A stretch of DNA of 64,000 nucleotides from the NCBI GenBank assembly GCA_003158475.1, contig PMJR01000103.1, positions 9,538 through 73,537 on the forward strand. Direction: 5' to 3'. The translations under genes were made by a program, and so were the position numbers. The notes below the pieces were generated by a model. It saw nothing but the letters and a program-made list of their open reading frames with translations. It was not told where the DNA came from and did no database searches. Source of the stretch: Ignavibacteriota bacterium. GTDB taxonomy: Bacteria > Bacteroidota > Ignavibacteria > UBA10030 > UBA6906. Positions 27,762-38,329 of this stretch are shown in pieces. Each line of letters begins with the position of its first letter. The first letter of the stretch is position 1.

Positions 27762-30197
27762 ATGACGCGTTTCCCCTCCCCGCCGGAATCCTCGCTCCTT
27801 CCCGCCCCCGCATTCAGGCTCGCCTTTTGTTTTGCAGCCGGAATAATCATCGGTGCGCATGTTCATCTCCCTCCGCCCGCATGGGGATTCCTCTGCCTTG
27901 TGCTCTGGCTCCCGACCGTGGTGGCGGTGAAGAGAGCCGCATGCCCCGGGGCATTTCTTTCGATCATTGCAGGGTTGCTCTTCCTCTCGTGCGGTGCGCT
28001 CAAGCTCGCCATGGACAGTCCGGCTCACCCTTTGCTCCCCGAACCCCCCAATGCGAAGGCCGTCCTGGTGACGGGGAGAGTGACAGGACCCCCTGAGGTG
28101 AAAGGAAGGGGGATCACGTTCACGCTCCTCTCCGATTCATGTTATGTCGATGGCCGGGGAGCCTTGCTCCCTCTACTGATCTCCGTGGCCGTCCGCCGCC
28201 CGATGGGGAGCGCATGCCCGATCTCGTACGGCATGACACTTCTGTTGCGCGGATCGATTTCCGCGCCTCCGGCCGAACGGAATCCGGGCGAGTTCAGCCT
28301 CCGCGCTTACTACGAAAATATGGGGATCGTCGCGGTCCTTTCCGTGGAGGACCCGGGCGGGATCGTGATACGGGATTCCACGGGCGGCGCGCCCTTCATG
28401 AGAGAGTGCCTATACCCGATCAGAGGAGCAATCCTCCGCCGCGTCGGGGAGACGCTTCCGGGGATGGAGGGGGAATTCCTGAAAGACCTCCTGCTCGGCG
28501 AACGGTCCGGAATCTCCGAGGAGACAAAGGAGGCGTTCGTCGATGCCGGCGTCGCGCACGTGCTTGCGATCTCCGGGTACAGGGTGCTTGTCGTCGCCGC
28601 CATGGTGATGGCCGCACTTACCCTCTTCCGTGTCCCCCGGCGGCTCCGTCCATTCATTGCAGCTCCGGCGCTTCTCTTCTATATGGTACTCGCCCAGGCG
28701 CATCCCCCGGTCGTCCGGGGAACGGTTATGGCGCTCGTCTTTATTCTCCGGGGTCCGGTGCAAAGAAGGAGCAGCTCGCGCAATGCCCTCGGCGTGGCGG
28801 CCCTTCTGATCCTCGGGGTGGATTCCCGGCAGATCTTCGATGCGGGATTCCAGCTCTCATTCGGCGCGGTACTTGCCATTCTGTTCTTCCTCCCCCCCCT
28901 CCAGCGCATGATCGCACGCGGGGAAGGGCGCGGGCTCATTTTCCGCTCCTGTGCCTGGGTACTGCGTTCGATCGCCCTTTCCCTGATTGTTTCGCTCGGA
29001 ACGCTTCCCGTCACCGCCGCCTGTTTCGGGCGTGTCTCGCTCGTCGGCCTCCTGACGAACATTGCGGTTGTTCCGGCGACAGGGGCCGGCATGGTGCTCG
29101 GTGTGCTTTCACTCGGGGCCGGTCTGATCAGTTCCCCCCTGGGCGCGGCATATGCCGCCGCAGACGGCCTTCTCCTCAATTGGACGATCCGGTTTTCCGA
29201 GTTTGCAGGGTCGCTCCCTTTCGCCTCCGTTGCGACGGGCCGTTTCGGCCTCTGGGAGGCGATCCCCTGGTATGCCGGGATCGGGCTGGCAACGCACTGG
29301 AGGGACCGGAGGGGGGCCGCGAGGTTCCTTGCCCTTCTCCTCGCGGGTCTGAATGCCGTCATGTTCCTCCGCCCGGATCCGGTCTCCGGCCGGGGTGTTC
29401 TCCGGGTGAGCATGATCGATGTGGGACAGGGGGACGCCATTCTTGTCGAATTTCCTGGAGGAGAGACGCTCCTGGTGGATGCCGGTCCGCTTACGCTCGC
29501 CCGGAATGCAGGGAAAAAGACCGTCCTCCCGTTCCTGAAGCGGAAGGGGATCCGTGCCATCGACATACTCCTCATCACGCACCCGGATGCGGATCATTGC
29601 GGAGGGGCGGCGTTCATCATCCGGAGCTTCCCCGTCAGGCGGGTTATCGAGAGCGACGCCGGGGGGATGACCGTTGTCTTCGGTTCGTATCACGCGGCCG
29701 CGCGCGCGCGCGGATCTCCTCTCTCGCTCGCATGGAGAGGGGAGAGTATCACGGCTGCGCAGTGTGCCAGGCTCTATGTGCTCTGGCCCGGGCGCCAGAG
29801 AACGGCGTCCACCCCGCCTTCCCGCCGCGGAGGGTCCAACAACGCGTCGATCGTTTTCAAGCTCGTGTACGGCGATGTGTCATTCCTGTTCACGGGGGAT
29901 GCGGAGAAGGAATCGGAGATGCGGATGATCCGTTCGTTCGGCAGTTTCCTCCGTTCGACTGTTTTGAAAGTCGCCCATCATGGGAGCGACAGCGGGACAT
30001 CGCAGGAGTTTCTCGATGCTGTCCGTCCCGACGTTGCGCTTGTTTCCGTCGGTCTGCACAACAGGTTCCGTCACCCCTCCGCCGCGCTCCTCCGACGGCT
30101 CGACGCCGCCCGAGTGCGCGTTCTCAGGACCGACAGGGATGGGGCGGTCGTCCTGGCGACGGACGGCAGGAGCGTGCGGGAACTCCCCTGGCGCTGA
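27762..30197 (+). CDS. comEC: DNA internalisation competence protein ComEC/Rec2 (with C-terminal metallo-beta-lactamase domain)
   Basis: Polytopic competence domain followed by [11 protein letters not shown]...[11 protein letters not shown]...VAHHGS. Confidence 0.85.
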   Translation: MTRFPSPPESSLLPAPAFRLAFCFAAGIIIGAHVHLPPPAWGFLCLVLWLPTVVAVKRAACPGAFLSIIAGLLFLSCGALKLAMDSPAHPLLPEPPNAKAVLVTGRVTGPPEVKGRGITFTLLSDSCYVDGRGALLPLLISVAVRRPMGSACPISYGMTLLLRGSISAPPAERNPGEFSLRAYYENMGIVAVLSVEDPGGIVIRDSTGGAPFMRECLYPIRGAILRRVGETLPGMEGEFLKDLLLGERSGISEETKEAFVDAGVAHVLAISGYRVLVVAAMVMAALTLFRVPRRLRPFIAAPALLFYMVLAQAHPPVVRGTVMALVFILRGPVQRRSSSRNALGVAALLILGVDSRQIFDAGFQLSFGAVLAILFFLPPLQRMIARGEGRGLIFRSCAWVLRSIALSLIVSLGTLPVTAACFGRVSLVGLLTNIAVVPATGAGMVLGVLSLGAGLISSPLGAAYAAADGLLLNWTIRFSEFAGSLPFASVATGRFGLWEAIPWYAGIGLATHWRDRRGAARFLALLLAGLNAVMFLRPDPVSGRGVLRVSMIDVGQGDAILVEFPGGETLLVDAGPLTLARNAGKKTVLPFLKRKGIRAIDILLITHPDADHCGGAAFIIRSFPVRRVIESDAGGMTVVFGSYHAAARARGSPLSLAWRGESITAAQCARLYVLWPGRQRTASTPPSRRGGSNNASIVFKLVYGDVSFLFTGDAEKESEMRMIRSFGSFLRSTVLKVAHHGSDSGTSQEFLDAVRPDVALVSVGLHNRFRHPSAALLRRLDAARVRVLRTDRDGAVVLATDGRSVRELPWR

Positions 30198-30204
30198 GGA
30201 TTCC

Positions 30205-30233
30205 TTGATTCTCCGGTCCGATCTGTTTATCAT
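30205..30233 (+). promoter_or_regulatory. sigma70-type promoter candidate (TTGATT-N17-TATCAT)
   Basis: Lies between the comEC stop and the mutase start at GTG 30268. Confidence 0.45.
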
Positions 30234-30267
30234 AGGCCATCGTCAACGAACGGGGGAAGAGCATCCG

Positions 30268-31863
30268 GTGAAACCGTCGCGCGGAAAAAGCGGTGAACGG
30301 AAAGGGGCGTTCAGGTCCGATTCGGGGTTCGTGATCGAACGCCTGTATGCTCCTGTGAAACGGGATTACACCCGCGACATCGGTTCGCCCGGCGAATACC
30401 CTTTCACGCGCGGGCCCTATCCCACGATGTACCGGGGAAAGTTCTGGACAATGCGGCAGTATGCCGGATTCGGCACCGCCGAGGAATCGAACCGGCGATA
30501 CCTCCATCTGCTCCGGAACGGCACAACGGGGCTCTCGGTTGCGTTCGATCTTCCGACGCAGCTCGGATACGATTCGGACCATGAACTCTCGCGCGGAGAA
30601 GTGGGGAAGGTGGGGGTGGCGATCGACACTCTTGCCGACATGGAGATCCTCTTCAGGGGGATCCCCCTTGAAGGGGTGACGACATCCATGACGATCAACG
30701 CAACCGCGGCGATACTCCTCTCGATGTACGTCGCCATCGCCCGGAGCCAGGGGGCGGACATGAAGAAGCTCTCCGGGACGGTGCAGAACGACATATTGAA
30801 GGAGTATGTCTCCCGCGGAACTCATATCTACCCCCCCGCCCCCTCCATGAGGCTCGTGACGGACATTTTCCGATGGTGCAGCGCTGAAATTCCCCGCTGG
30901 AACACCATATCGATCAGCGGGTACCACATACGGGAGGCGGGAGCCACAGCGGCCGAAGAACTCGGTTTCACGCTGGCAAACGGTATCGCCTACGTTCAGG
31001 CGGCGCTGGAGGCGGGACTGGACATCGACGGGTTCGGTTCTCAGCTCTCTTTCTTTTTCAATGCGCACAACAATTTTCTTGAGGAGATTGCGAAATTCCG
31101 GGCGGCCCGGAGGCTCTGGGCGCGGATCATGAAAGAGCGCTTCGGTGCGAAGTCCGCCGAGACCATGAAGCTCCGGTTCCACGCGCAGACGGGGGGGGCG
31201 ACGCTGACGGCCCAGCAGATCGAAAACAACGTGGTGCGCGTAACGCTGCAGGCGCTTGCCGCCGTGCTCGGGGGGTGCCAGTCACTCCACACGAACAGCC
31301 GCGATGAGGCGCTCGCGCTCCCCACCGAAGATTCGGCGACACTGGCGCTCAGGACACAGCAGGTCATCGCATTCGAATCAGGCGTTGCGGAGACCGTCGA
31401 CCCCCTCGGAGGGTCTTTTGCCGTGGAAGCCCTCACAGACCAACTGGAGTCGGAGGCGCAGAGAATCATACAAAGCATCGACGACCGGGGGGGGGCGGTC
31501 AGGGCCATCGAGCAAAAGTTCTACCAGACCCGTATAACGGAGAGCGCGTACAGGTACCAGCGGGCGATCGAGGAGAATGAGAAGACGATTGTCGGGGTCA
31601 ACGCATTCGAGACTGCGGCACGCCCGCAGCCCGAGCTGCTCCGGATCGATGAAACGGCAGCCGCACGCCAGATCGCAAGGCTCCGGTCGGTACGGGAAGG
31701 GCGTTCGGCGCCGGAGGTTACCTCCGCGCTCGATGCCGTCAGGAAAGCGGCCGCCGGGAAGGACAACCTCATGCCGCACATACTCAGGGCGGTGGAGGCA
31801 TATGCAACGGTCGGCGAGATCTCCGACACCCTGCGCGGTGTCTGGGGAGAATACGCCGAATAG
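30268..31863 (+). CDS. Methylmalonyl-CoA mutase family, catalytic (large, N-terminal) subunit without B12-binding domain
   Basis: Start moved to GTG 30268, downstream of the promoter and after GGGGGAAG. Motifs [28 protein letters not shown] and [13 protein letters not shown]. The ORF ends before any B12-binding domain. Confidence 0.85.
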   Translation: MKPSRGKSGERKGAFRSDSGFVIERLYAPVKRDYTRDIGSPGEYPFTRGPYPTMYRGKFWTMRQYAGFGTAEESNRRYLHLLRNGTTGLSVAFDLPTQLGYDSDHELSRGEVGKVGVAIDTLADMEILFRGIPLEGVTTSMTINATAAILLSMYVAIARSQGADMKKLSGTVQNDILKEYVSRGTHIYPPAPSMRLVTDIFRWCSAEIPRWNTISISGYHIREAGATAAEELGFTLANGIAYVQAALEAGLDIDGFGSQLSFFFNAHNNFLEEIAKFRAARRLWARIMKERFGAKSAETMKLRFHAQTGGATLTAQQIENNVVRVTLQALAAVLGGCQSLHTNSRDEALALPTEDSATLALRTQQVIAFESGVAETVDPLGGSFAVEALTDQLESEAQRIIQSIDDRGGAVRAIEQKFYQTRITESAYRYQRAIEENEKTIVGVNAFETAARPQPELLRIDETAAARQIARLRSVREGRSAPEVTSALDAVRKAAAGKDNLMPHILRAVEAYATVGEISDTLRGVWGEYAE

Positions 31864-31866
31864 GGA

Positions 31867-32658
31867 ATGTCCCTCACAAAGAACAGGATCCGCGAGATCC
31901 GCTCGCTGTCGCAAAAGAAGGTCCGGGATGAACTGAACCTGTTTGTCGTTGAGGGGCTCCGGCTCGTACGGGACGCCGCGGAGTCGTCATTCGATATCCC
32001 GGAAGCGTTTTCCACCGCAGCATTCGAAGCGTCCCCCGCGGGAGGAGATCTCATAGGGCTCCTCCGCGCCCGGGGGGCCAGTTGCCAGCAGGTCACACAC
32101 CGTGAACTTTCTCAGTTCGCGGACACCGTGAATGCTCAGGGTGTGCTTGCGGTCGTTCGGAAGAGGGATGAAAGCGCCGGGGAACTGATCCGCCGGATCG
32201 CGCCGCCGGCGCTTGTTGTTGCGCTCGACGGGATCGCCGATCCCGGAAACCTGGGGTCGATCGTACGGACGTGCGACTGGTTCGGAGCCGGGGGGATACT
32301 TCTCGGCCGGACCAGCGTCGACCTCTACAACCCCAAAGTCGTCCGCTCGACAATGGGAGGTATTTTCCACGTCCCGGTCGTGACGGGACTCGATCTTCCC
32401 GAGTGCGTCGTGCAGGCGAAGGAACAGGGCTACGCGGTGTACGTCACCGATCCCTCCGCGGATCTGTTCGACGGCGATGTGCACTTCTCGGAGCGCTCCC
32501 TCGTTGTCTTCGGCAACGAGGCGCGCGGCGTCTCGGGAGATCTCTCCCGGCTGGCTGACGAGCGCGTGGCTATCCGGCGTTACGGGGTTGGGGAGTCACT
32601 CAATGTCGGGGTAGCGTGCGGCATACTCCTCTCCGCCCACCGCCGTTTCCATGCCTAA
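31867..32658 (+). CDS. TrmH/SpoU-family RNA 2'-O-methyltransferase
   Basis: Motifs DGIADPGNLGSIVRTCDWFG, FGNEARG and ESLNVGVACGILL. Confidence 0.85.
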   Translation: MSLTKNRIREIRSLSQKKVRDELNLFVVEGLRLVRDAAESSFDIPEAFSTAAFEASPAGGDLIGLLRARGASCQQVTHRELSQFADTVNAQGVLAVVRKRDESAGELIRRIAPPALVVALDGIADPGNLGSIVRTCDWFGAGGILLGRTSVDLYNPKVVRSTMGGIFHVPVVTGLDLPECVVQAKEQGYAVYVTDPSADLFDGDVHFSERSLVVFGNEARGVSGDLSRLADERVAIRRYGVGESLNVGVACGILLSAHRRFHA

Positions 32659-32673
32659 AATGCACGCCTGCCG

Positions 32674-33576
32674 ATGATACCAGAGGGCTTCTCGATCGGA
32701 CACTGGACGGATTCATCCGCACGGACGGGCTGCACGGTCATACTCTGCCCGTCCCGAACGGTGGGGGGATGCGATGTACGGGGGAGCTCACCGGGGACCC
32801 GCGAGACCGCTCTCCTGGAAAACGGAAAAAAGATGAATGAAGTGCATGCGGTCCTCCTGAGCGGCGGGAGTGCTTTCGGCCTTGCTGCCGCAGATGGCGT
32901 CATGCGTTTCCTCGAAGAGCGGGGGACCGGGTACCGCACACCGTGGGGGATCGTGCCGATCGTGCCGGCGGCCGTCGTGTTCGATCTCAATGTGGGGTCC
33001 GCGTCGGTCAGGCCCACCGCCGAATCCGGCTACGCGGCCGCCCGCGCCGCATCTGCGACGGAGATCCGGGAAGGAGCTGTGGGTGCGGGAGCGGGAGCCA
33101 CGGTCGGGAAATGGGCCGGCCTCGAATACTCGATGCCGGGGGGATTCGGCATCTCCTCACTTGAGCGGAACGGGCTCATCGTGTGTGCGGCCTCGGTCGT
33201 CAATGCGCTCGGGGATATACTCGACGATGCAGGGGGCGTACTCGCGGGAGCCCGCGACGGGCGGGGAAAGTGGCGAAGCGCAGGGGAGACACTCCGCGTG
33301 GTGTCGCGGGGGAAGGCGTCGTCGTCGAACACCGTCCTCGTCGCCCTCCTGACGAACGGGGCCCTCTCGAAAGTCGATGCCAATCGTGTCGCGATGCGTG
33401 CGCACGACGGAATGGCGCGCGCCGTGAGGCCGGCGCATACTTCCTATGACGGGGACACGATCTTCTGCCTCGCATCGGGGAATGTGGAGGCTGATATCGA
33501 TCTTGTCGCGGAGATGGGAGCGGAAGTCACCGCTACGTCGATCCGCCGCTCCGTCACCGTTTCCACTCAGGCCTGA
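32674..33576 (+). CDS. P1/S58 (DmpA-like) aminopeptidase family protein
   Basis: Motifs IGHWTD...RTGCTVIL, GSSPGTRE, LSGGSAFGL and NTVLVALLTN. Confidence 0.75.
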   Translation: MIPEGFSIGHWTDSSARTGCTVILCPSRTVGGCDVRGSSPGTRETALLENGKKMNEVHAVLLSGGSAFGLAAADGVMRFLEERGTGYRTPWGIVPIVPAAVVFDLNVGSASVRPTAESGYAAARAASATEIREGAVGAGAGATVGKWAGLEYSMPGGFGISSLERNGLIVCAASVVNALGDILDDAGGVLAGARDGRGKWRSAGETLRVVSRGKASSSNTVLVALLTNGALSKVDANRVAMRAHDGMARAVRPAHTSYDGDTIFCLASGNVEADIDLVAEMGAEVTATSIRRSVTVSTQA

Positions 33577-33583
33577 CGAGCCG

Positions 33584-34186
33584 ATGCCCATGCTTGCGGT
33601 GCGCCTCCATTCTCTCAGGGACCGGCTGGCATCGCTGGCGAAGCATCCCCTGGCGCTCCCCGCGCTCTTCGTCGTGGCGCTCGTTGAAGCGTCGCTCTTC
33701 CCGATCCCCCCGGATCTTCTCCTGGTCCCCCTCGCACTGGCACGCCCCCACCGCACATTCATCATTGCCACGGTCTGCATCGCCGGTTCAATAACCGGAG
33801 CGATGATCGGGTACCTCATCGGTGCGACGCTGTTCGAGGGAGTCGGTGAGAGGCTCATCGCGTTTCTCGGAGTGGCACCCGCGTTCGACCGTGTGCTCTT
33901 CCTCTACCGGGAGAACGCGTTCTGGACCCTCCTGTTCGCCGGCTTTACGTCGATTCCGTTCAGCGTGTTCACCATCGCCGCCGGGTTTCACCACACGCTC
34001 GGGCCCCTGACGCTCCTGACCGGGGCGAGCATGGGGAGGGCTCTCCGGTTCTATCTGCTGGCGGCGGTTCTCGTCGTGGGGGGGCCGTCCGTGCGGCGCG
34101 TGATCGAGCGCCATCTCCCGCTCGCGTCACTCGTCCTGCTGCTCATCGTCGTCGCGGGATTCCTCCTGCTGAAGGTCCTCTCGTGA
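33584..34186 (+). CDS. YqaA/DedA-related small membrane protein
   Basis: Start moved to ATG 33584. Motif ...EASLFPIPPDLLLVPL... followed by 4-5 hydrophobic spans. Confidence 0.65.
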   Translation: MPMLAVRLHSLRDRLASLAKHPLALPALFVVALVEASLFPIPPDLLLVPLALARPHRTFIIATVCIAGSITGAMIGYLIGATLFEGVGERLIAFLGVAPAFDRVLFLYRENAFWTLLFAGFTSIPFSVFTIAAGFHHTLGPLTLLTGASMGRALRFYLLAAVLVVGGPSVRRVIERHLPLASLVLLLIVVAGFLLLKVLS

Positions 34187-34956
34187 AGAAACCCGGGAGA
34201 GCTGCCCGGCCGAAGAGTCCCCGGCGGCGGGTGACGCTGGCGCGCGCACTTTCGAAACGCGGAATCGCCTCCCGCGCCGAAGCTCGCCGGCTGATACTCC
34301 GGGGGGATGTGAGCGTGAATGGGATCACGGTCAGCACTCCCGGGACGTGGGTCGATCCGGTCCGGGACGCCGTCACGCTTGCAGGGAAACCCCTCCCCCG
34401 CATCGGCCGGGTCTACTTCGCCATGCATAAGCCGGCGGGAGTTGTGACCACGCGTTCCGACGAGAAGGGACGGGACACAGTGTACGATCTCCTTCCGGAG
34501 GGGATCCCGTGGGTTTTTCCCGTCGGGCGCCTCGATCTGGATTCGACCGGGCTCCTCCTTTTCACGAACGACACGATGTTCGGGGAACGTGTCACCGGCC
34601 CCGCGGGAAAAGTCCCCAAGACATACAGTGTCCTCCTCGAGAGACCGCTGAGTGAATCAGGGGCTGCGGCGATGCGCGACGGGCTCGTTCTGCCCGGCGG
34701 TGTCCGTTGCCGTCCCGCGGAAGTAACCGTCGGCCCCGACGATGCACGGCGGTGCCGTGTCGTGATTACGGAGGGGAAAAACAGGCAGGTCAGGCGCATG
34801 TTCGAAAAGCTCGGCGATCCGGTCGTCCGCCTTCATCGTCTGGCAATCGGGCCGGTGCGTCTCGGTCATTTGAAAGAAGGAGAGGTGCGGGAACTTACCC
34901 GGGAGGAGATCGCGGCTCTGGAGGGCGAAGTGAAAGGACGAGGGAGACATGGCTGA
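34183..34956 (+). CDS. S4-domain pseudouridine synthase (RsuA/RluB/RluE family)
   Basis: GTGA overlap with the upstream gene. S4 motif LSKRGIASRAEARRLILRGDVSVNG and catalytic GRLDLDSTGLLLFTND. Confidence 0.85.
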   Translation: MKKPGRAARPKSPRRRVTLARALSKRGIASRAEARRLILRGDVSVNGITVSTPGTWVDPVRDAVTLAGKPLPRIGRVYFAMHKPAGVVTTRSDEKGRDTVYDLLPEGIPWVFPVGRLDLDSTGLLLFTNDTMFGERVTGPAGKVPKTYSVLLERPLSESGAAAMRDGLVLPGGVRCRPAEVTVGPDDARRCRVVITEGKNRQVRRMFEKLGDPVVRLHRLAIGPVRLGHLKEGEVRELTREEIAALEGEVKGRGRHG

Positions 34957-35416
34957 AGTCACGTCACGGATCATAGAGGTGTGTCCGTTCAGGATCAAGG
35001 GGGACAGGGGAGAGTACCTCCTCATCCGCCGTGCCCCGGATGATCCGCTCTATCCCGGCCTTTGGCAGTTCGTCTCCGGGCGAGTCGAAGAGGGGGAGAA
35101 GGCGCACGAGGCCGCCCTCCGGGAACTGCGGGAAGAAGCCGGCGCAGGCCCTCTCCGGTTCTGGGTCGTCCCCGCGGTAAACCCGTTCTATGACCCGCAC
35201 CGGGATCTGATCAGCCTGGTGGTCCTCTTCGCCGCACAACTGGAAAGCGGGTTCGAAGTACGACTCTCCCCGGAACATTCAACGTTCGAATGGCTTCCGT
35301 ACGCCGAGGCACGACGCCGTCTCGTCTGGCCCGGCCAGAGAAACTGTCTGGACATCGTCCACCAGTACATTCTCGGGGGGGAAGAAGCCGGGACGCTCCT
35401 CGAATTGCCCGTCTAA
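34949..35416 (+). CDS. NUDIX hydrolase
   Basis: Nudix box GRVEEGEKAHEAALRELREEAG. Confidence 0.85.
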   Translation: MAEVTSRIIEVCPFRIKGDRGEYLLIRRAPDDPLYPGLWQFVSGRVEEGEKAHEAALRELREEAGAGPLRFWVVPAVNPFYDPHRDLISLVVLFAAQLESGFEVRLSPEHSTFEWLPYAEARRRLVWPGQRNCLDIVHQYILGGEEAGTLLELPV

Positions 35417-35505
35417 ACGCCTCCCTCCTTGCGAATCATCCCCCCTTTCCGTACATTTCCAGACATCCCTCTCATAGGACGCCCCATAACGCTCCGGAGA
35501 CCCAT

Positions 35506-36420
35506 TTGAGTGTTCTCGTTGTCGGTTCCCTCGCCCTCGATTCTATAGAAACACCCTTCGGATCGGTGAAAGACGCTGTCGGCGGTTCTGCCACGTACAT
35601 CGCCGCGGCGGCAAGTTATTTCGTAAGCCCGATCAGGGTGGTGGGTGTCGTGGGAGGGGACTTCCCCAAAAGCGGGCTGGCGTTCCTGGAGGAACGGAAA
35701 GTGGACCTGGAGGGACTGGAGGTCGTGGCGGACGGGAAGACGTTCCGGTGGGCAGGGCGGTACCATTACGACCTGAACGAACGGGATACCCTCGTTACCG
35801 AGCTGAACGTGTTCGAGCGATTCGACCCGAAAATCCCCGATACGTACCGGCGGAGCCGTGTCGTTTGCCTGGGGAATATCGACCCCGTGCTGCAACGGCG
35901 CGTCCTGGACCAGATGGAGAAGCCGAGGTTCATCGTCTGCGACACGATGAACTACTGGATAGAAAAGAAAAATGCGGAGCTGAAGGAAACTCTGAAGTCC
36001 ATCAACGCCCTCATCCTGAACGATTCCGAAGCGCGTCTCCTTTCCCACGAACCGAATCTCATCAAGGCGGGGCGCGTGATCCGCCGGATGGGCCCGGACG
36101 TCGTGATCATCAAGAAGGGGGAGCACGGTGCGCTCCTGCTGACCGAACAGATGGTGTTTTCCGCGCCGGCCTACCCCATGGAGAACATATTCGACCCGAC
36201 CGGGGCGGGGGATTCGTTTGCCGGAGGCTTCGTCGGGTGGCTGGCGCGCACCGACGACATGTCGGAGGAGAATCTCAAACGCGCCGTGATATACGGGAGC
36301 ACGCTCGCTTCGTTCTCCGTAGAAAAGTTCGGCGTCGAAGGGCTTGCCGATCTGACCTATCTTCAGATACAGGATCGATTCCGTCAATTCCGCGAACTCT
36401 CCCGCTTCGACGAAGACTGA
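35506..36420 (+). CDS. PfkB-family carbohydrate/nucleoside kinase
   Basis: Start set at TTG 35506, with GGAGA 6 nt upstream. The ORF-track ATG 35290 would overlap the NUDIX gene. Motifs VLVVGSLALD and DPTGAGDSFAGGF. Confidence 0.75.
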   Translation: MSVLVVGSLALDSIETPFGSVKDAVGGSATYIAAAASYFVSPIRVVGVVGGDFPKSGLAFLEERKVDLEGLEVVADGKTFRWAGRYHYDLNERDTLVTELNVFERFDPKIPDTYRRSRVVCLGNIDPVLQRRVLDQMEKPRFIVCDTMNYWIEKKNAELKETLKSINALILNDSEARLLSHEPNLIKAGRVIRRMGPDVVIIKKGEHGALLLTEQMVFSAPAYPMENIFDPTGAGDSFAGGFVGWLARTDDMSEENLKRAVIYGSTLASFSVEKFGVEGLADLTYLQIQDRFRQFRELSRFDED

Positions 36421-36427
36421 CCGTGAG

Positions 36428-37486
36428 ATGACGACGCTCGAGTGGGCCGACGGAAGACTCCGGTTCATCGACCAGACCCGGCTCCCCGCGGAAGAGGTGA
36501 CGGTGGAGACCACCGACCACCTGGTGGTCTGCGAGGCGATACGGAGCCTGAGAATCCGCGGCGCTCCCGCCATCGGCGTCGCTGCGGCCTTTGCCGTCCT
36601 CCTCGCCGTCCGCAAATCACGCCCCTCCACTCCCCTGGAACTTCAGGCCGTCCTGGAATCCGCCGTGCGTGACCTGTCGGCCACCCGCCCGACGGCGGTG
36701 AACCTCTTTGCGGCGATGCGCCGGATGGAAGAGGTGGCGCGTGAGGCCGGAGGGAAGAACGTGGCGGCGATCCTCGATTCCCTCTCGGCCGAGGCCCTCG
36801 CCATCCAGCGCGACGATATCGAATCCTGCAGGAGCATCGGGGAGCTCGGCGCCGGGCTCATAGCACCCGGCTCCTCGCTCCTCACACACTGCAACGCCGG
36901 AGCACTTGCCACCGCGGGGGAAGGGACGGCGATTGCCGTGATTGCGGAGGCCGCGCGGCGGGGGAACGTCCTCCGTGTGTTCGTCGATGAAACGCGCCCG
37001 CTGTTTCAGGGGGCCCGGCTCACAGCATGGGAACTCGTGAGGCTGGGGATCGAAACGATCCTGATCACCGACAGCACGGCGGCGAGCGTCCTGCGCCGCG
37101 GGGATGTGCAGGCGGTGATCGTGGGCGCTGACCGCATCGCCGCCAACGGGGACACCGCCAACAAGGTGGGGACTTACCCCCTGGCCGTCCTCGCCATGCG
37201 CCACGGTGTGCCGTTCTACGTTGCTGCGCCGACATCGACGATCGATGCGGCAATACCGGACGGGGAGCACATACCCATCGAAGAGCGGGACGAGACGGAA
37301 GTGACGCACTTCGGGGGGAGGAGGATTGCCGCCCGGGGGGTGAAAGTGTACGCTCCGGCGTTCGATGTCACACCCGCCCCGCTGGTGAGCGCGATCGTCA
37401 CCGAACGGGGGATCCTTCGTCCGCCGTTCCACGATTCTCTGGCTGCGGTTCTCCGCCGGGGGGGCGCCGGGGGGGAGACGCCGTGA
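36428..37486 (+). CDS. mtnA: S-methyl-5-thioribose-1-phosphate isomerase (eIF-2B alpha/beta/delta family)
   Basis: Motifs LRFIDQTRLP, IRGAPAIGVAAAF, THCNAG, VDETRP and GADRIAANGDTANKVGTY. Confidence 0.85.
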   Translation: MTTLEWADGRLRFIDQTRLPAEEVTVETTDHLVVCEAIRSLRIRGAPAIGVAAAFAVLLAVRKSRPSTPLELQAVLESAVRDLSATRPTAVNLFAAMRRMEEVAREAGGKNVAAILDSLSAEALAIQRDDIESCRSIGELGAGLIAPGSSLLTHCNAGALATAGEGTAIAVIAEAARRGNVLRVFVDETRPLFQGARLTAWELVRLGIETILITDSTAASVLRRGDVQAVIVGADRIAANGDTANKVGTYPLAVLAMRHGVPFYVAAPTSTIDAAIPDGEHIPIEERDETEVTHFGGRRIAARGVKVYAPAFDVTPAPLVSAIVTERGILRPPFHDSLAAVLRRGGAGGETP

Positions 37487-38247
37487 TCGTCAAGTCTGAA
37501 GCGATCGTCCTCCGTACGATGAAATACAGGGAGACGAGCCGCATCGCCACTTTGTACACGAAGGAGATCGGGAAAATTTCCGTGCTTGCGAAGGGGGCGC
37601 GTGACGGGAGGAGCCGCCTCGGGGGGGCGCTGCAACCGATGAACCATGTGGGGGTCCTCTTCTACATGAAGGAAACCCGCGATCTCCAGCTCCTGACACA
37701 ATGCGATCTTGCGAGGTCGTTCCCCGGGCTGACCACCGACCTCGACAGGATGGCGGCCGCCATGGCCGCCGTCGAGCTCACGGACGCCGTCAGTCCCCCG
37801 GAGGAGCCCAACCGGCAGCTCTTCGAACTTCTCTCCTCGACGCTTGATGCGGTCAGCCGTGCAACAAATCAGCCCGGAAATGCGTTATACTACTTTGAAC
37901 TGCATCTGCTGGGGATTATCGGGTTCAGACCCGACATGCGCCACTGCGCCAATTGCCGGAAGCCTGTCGACCCCCGTGCCGGGGGGAGCGGTGTGCACAT
38001 GACGGCGAACGGGATACTCGGCCCGGAGTGTTCCGGGAAGGGGCTCGGCCTCGAATTTCTTTCGCCTGCCGCGCTCGCCGTGCTGCAGCGGCTTCAGGAA
38101 ACGGCGGATCCGGTCTCCGCCACGCACTTGGTACTGAACTCCCGGGTGCGGGGGGAGATCGCCGGTGTCCTTCGCCGGTTTCTTCTCGGTCATGTGGAAG
38201 GCCTGAGAACTCTCCGGTCGGAATCGGTGTTCTCATCTCTACGGTGA
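37483..38247 (+). CDS. recO: DNA repair protein RecO
   Basis: GTGA overlap with mtnA. N-terminal OB region AIVLRTMKYRETSRI and the Cys pair CANC...C. Confidence 0.8.
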   Translation: MIVKSEAIVLRTMKYRETSRIATLYTKEIGKISVLAKGARDGRSRLGGALQPMNHVGVLFYMKETRDLQLLTQCDLARSFPGLTTDLDRMAAAMAAVELTDAVSPPEEPNRQLFELLSSTLDAVSRATNQPGNALYYFELHLLGIIGFRPDMRHCANCRKPVDPRAGGSGVHMTANGILGPECSGKGLGLEFLSPAALAVLQRLQETADPVSATHLVLNSRVRGEIAGVLRRFLLGHVEGLRTLRSESVFSSLR

Positions 38248-38329
38248 TATCCCTTCGGGGGGGGATGACGTTGCCTGCAGTGGCAGCGGGATCCCGGGAA
38301 TATCCTCAACACAACAGGAGAAATGCTTC

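Noticed and set aside
28139-30208. 689-aa same-strand alternate-frame ORF inside comEC. Similar Arg-rich alternate-frame ORFs occur at 10814..11833, 45609..46298 and 35748..36431.
   Set aside because: These are low-complexity Arg/Gly/Pro translations that overlap well-supported genes throughout. They are a high-GC frame artefact.
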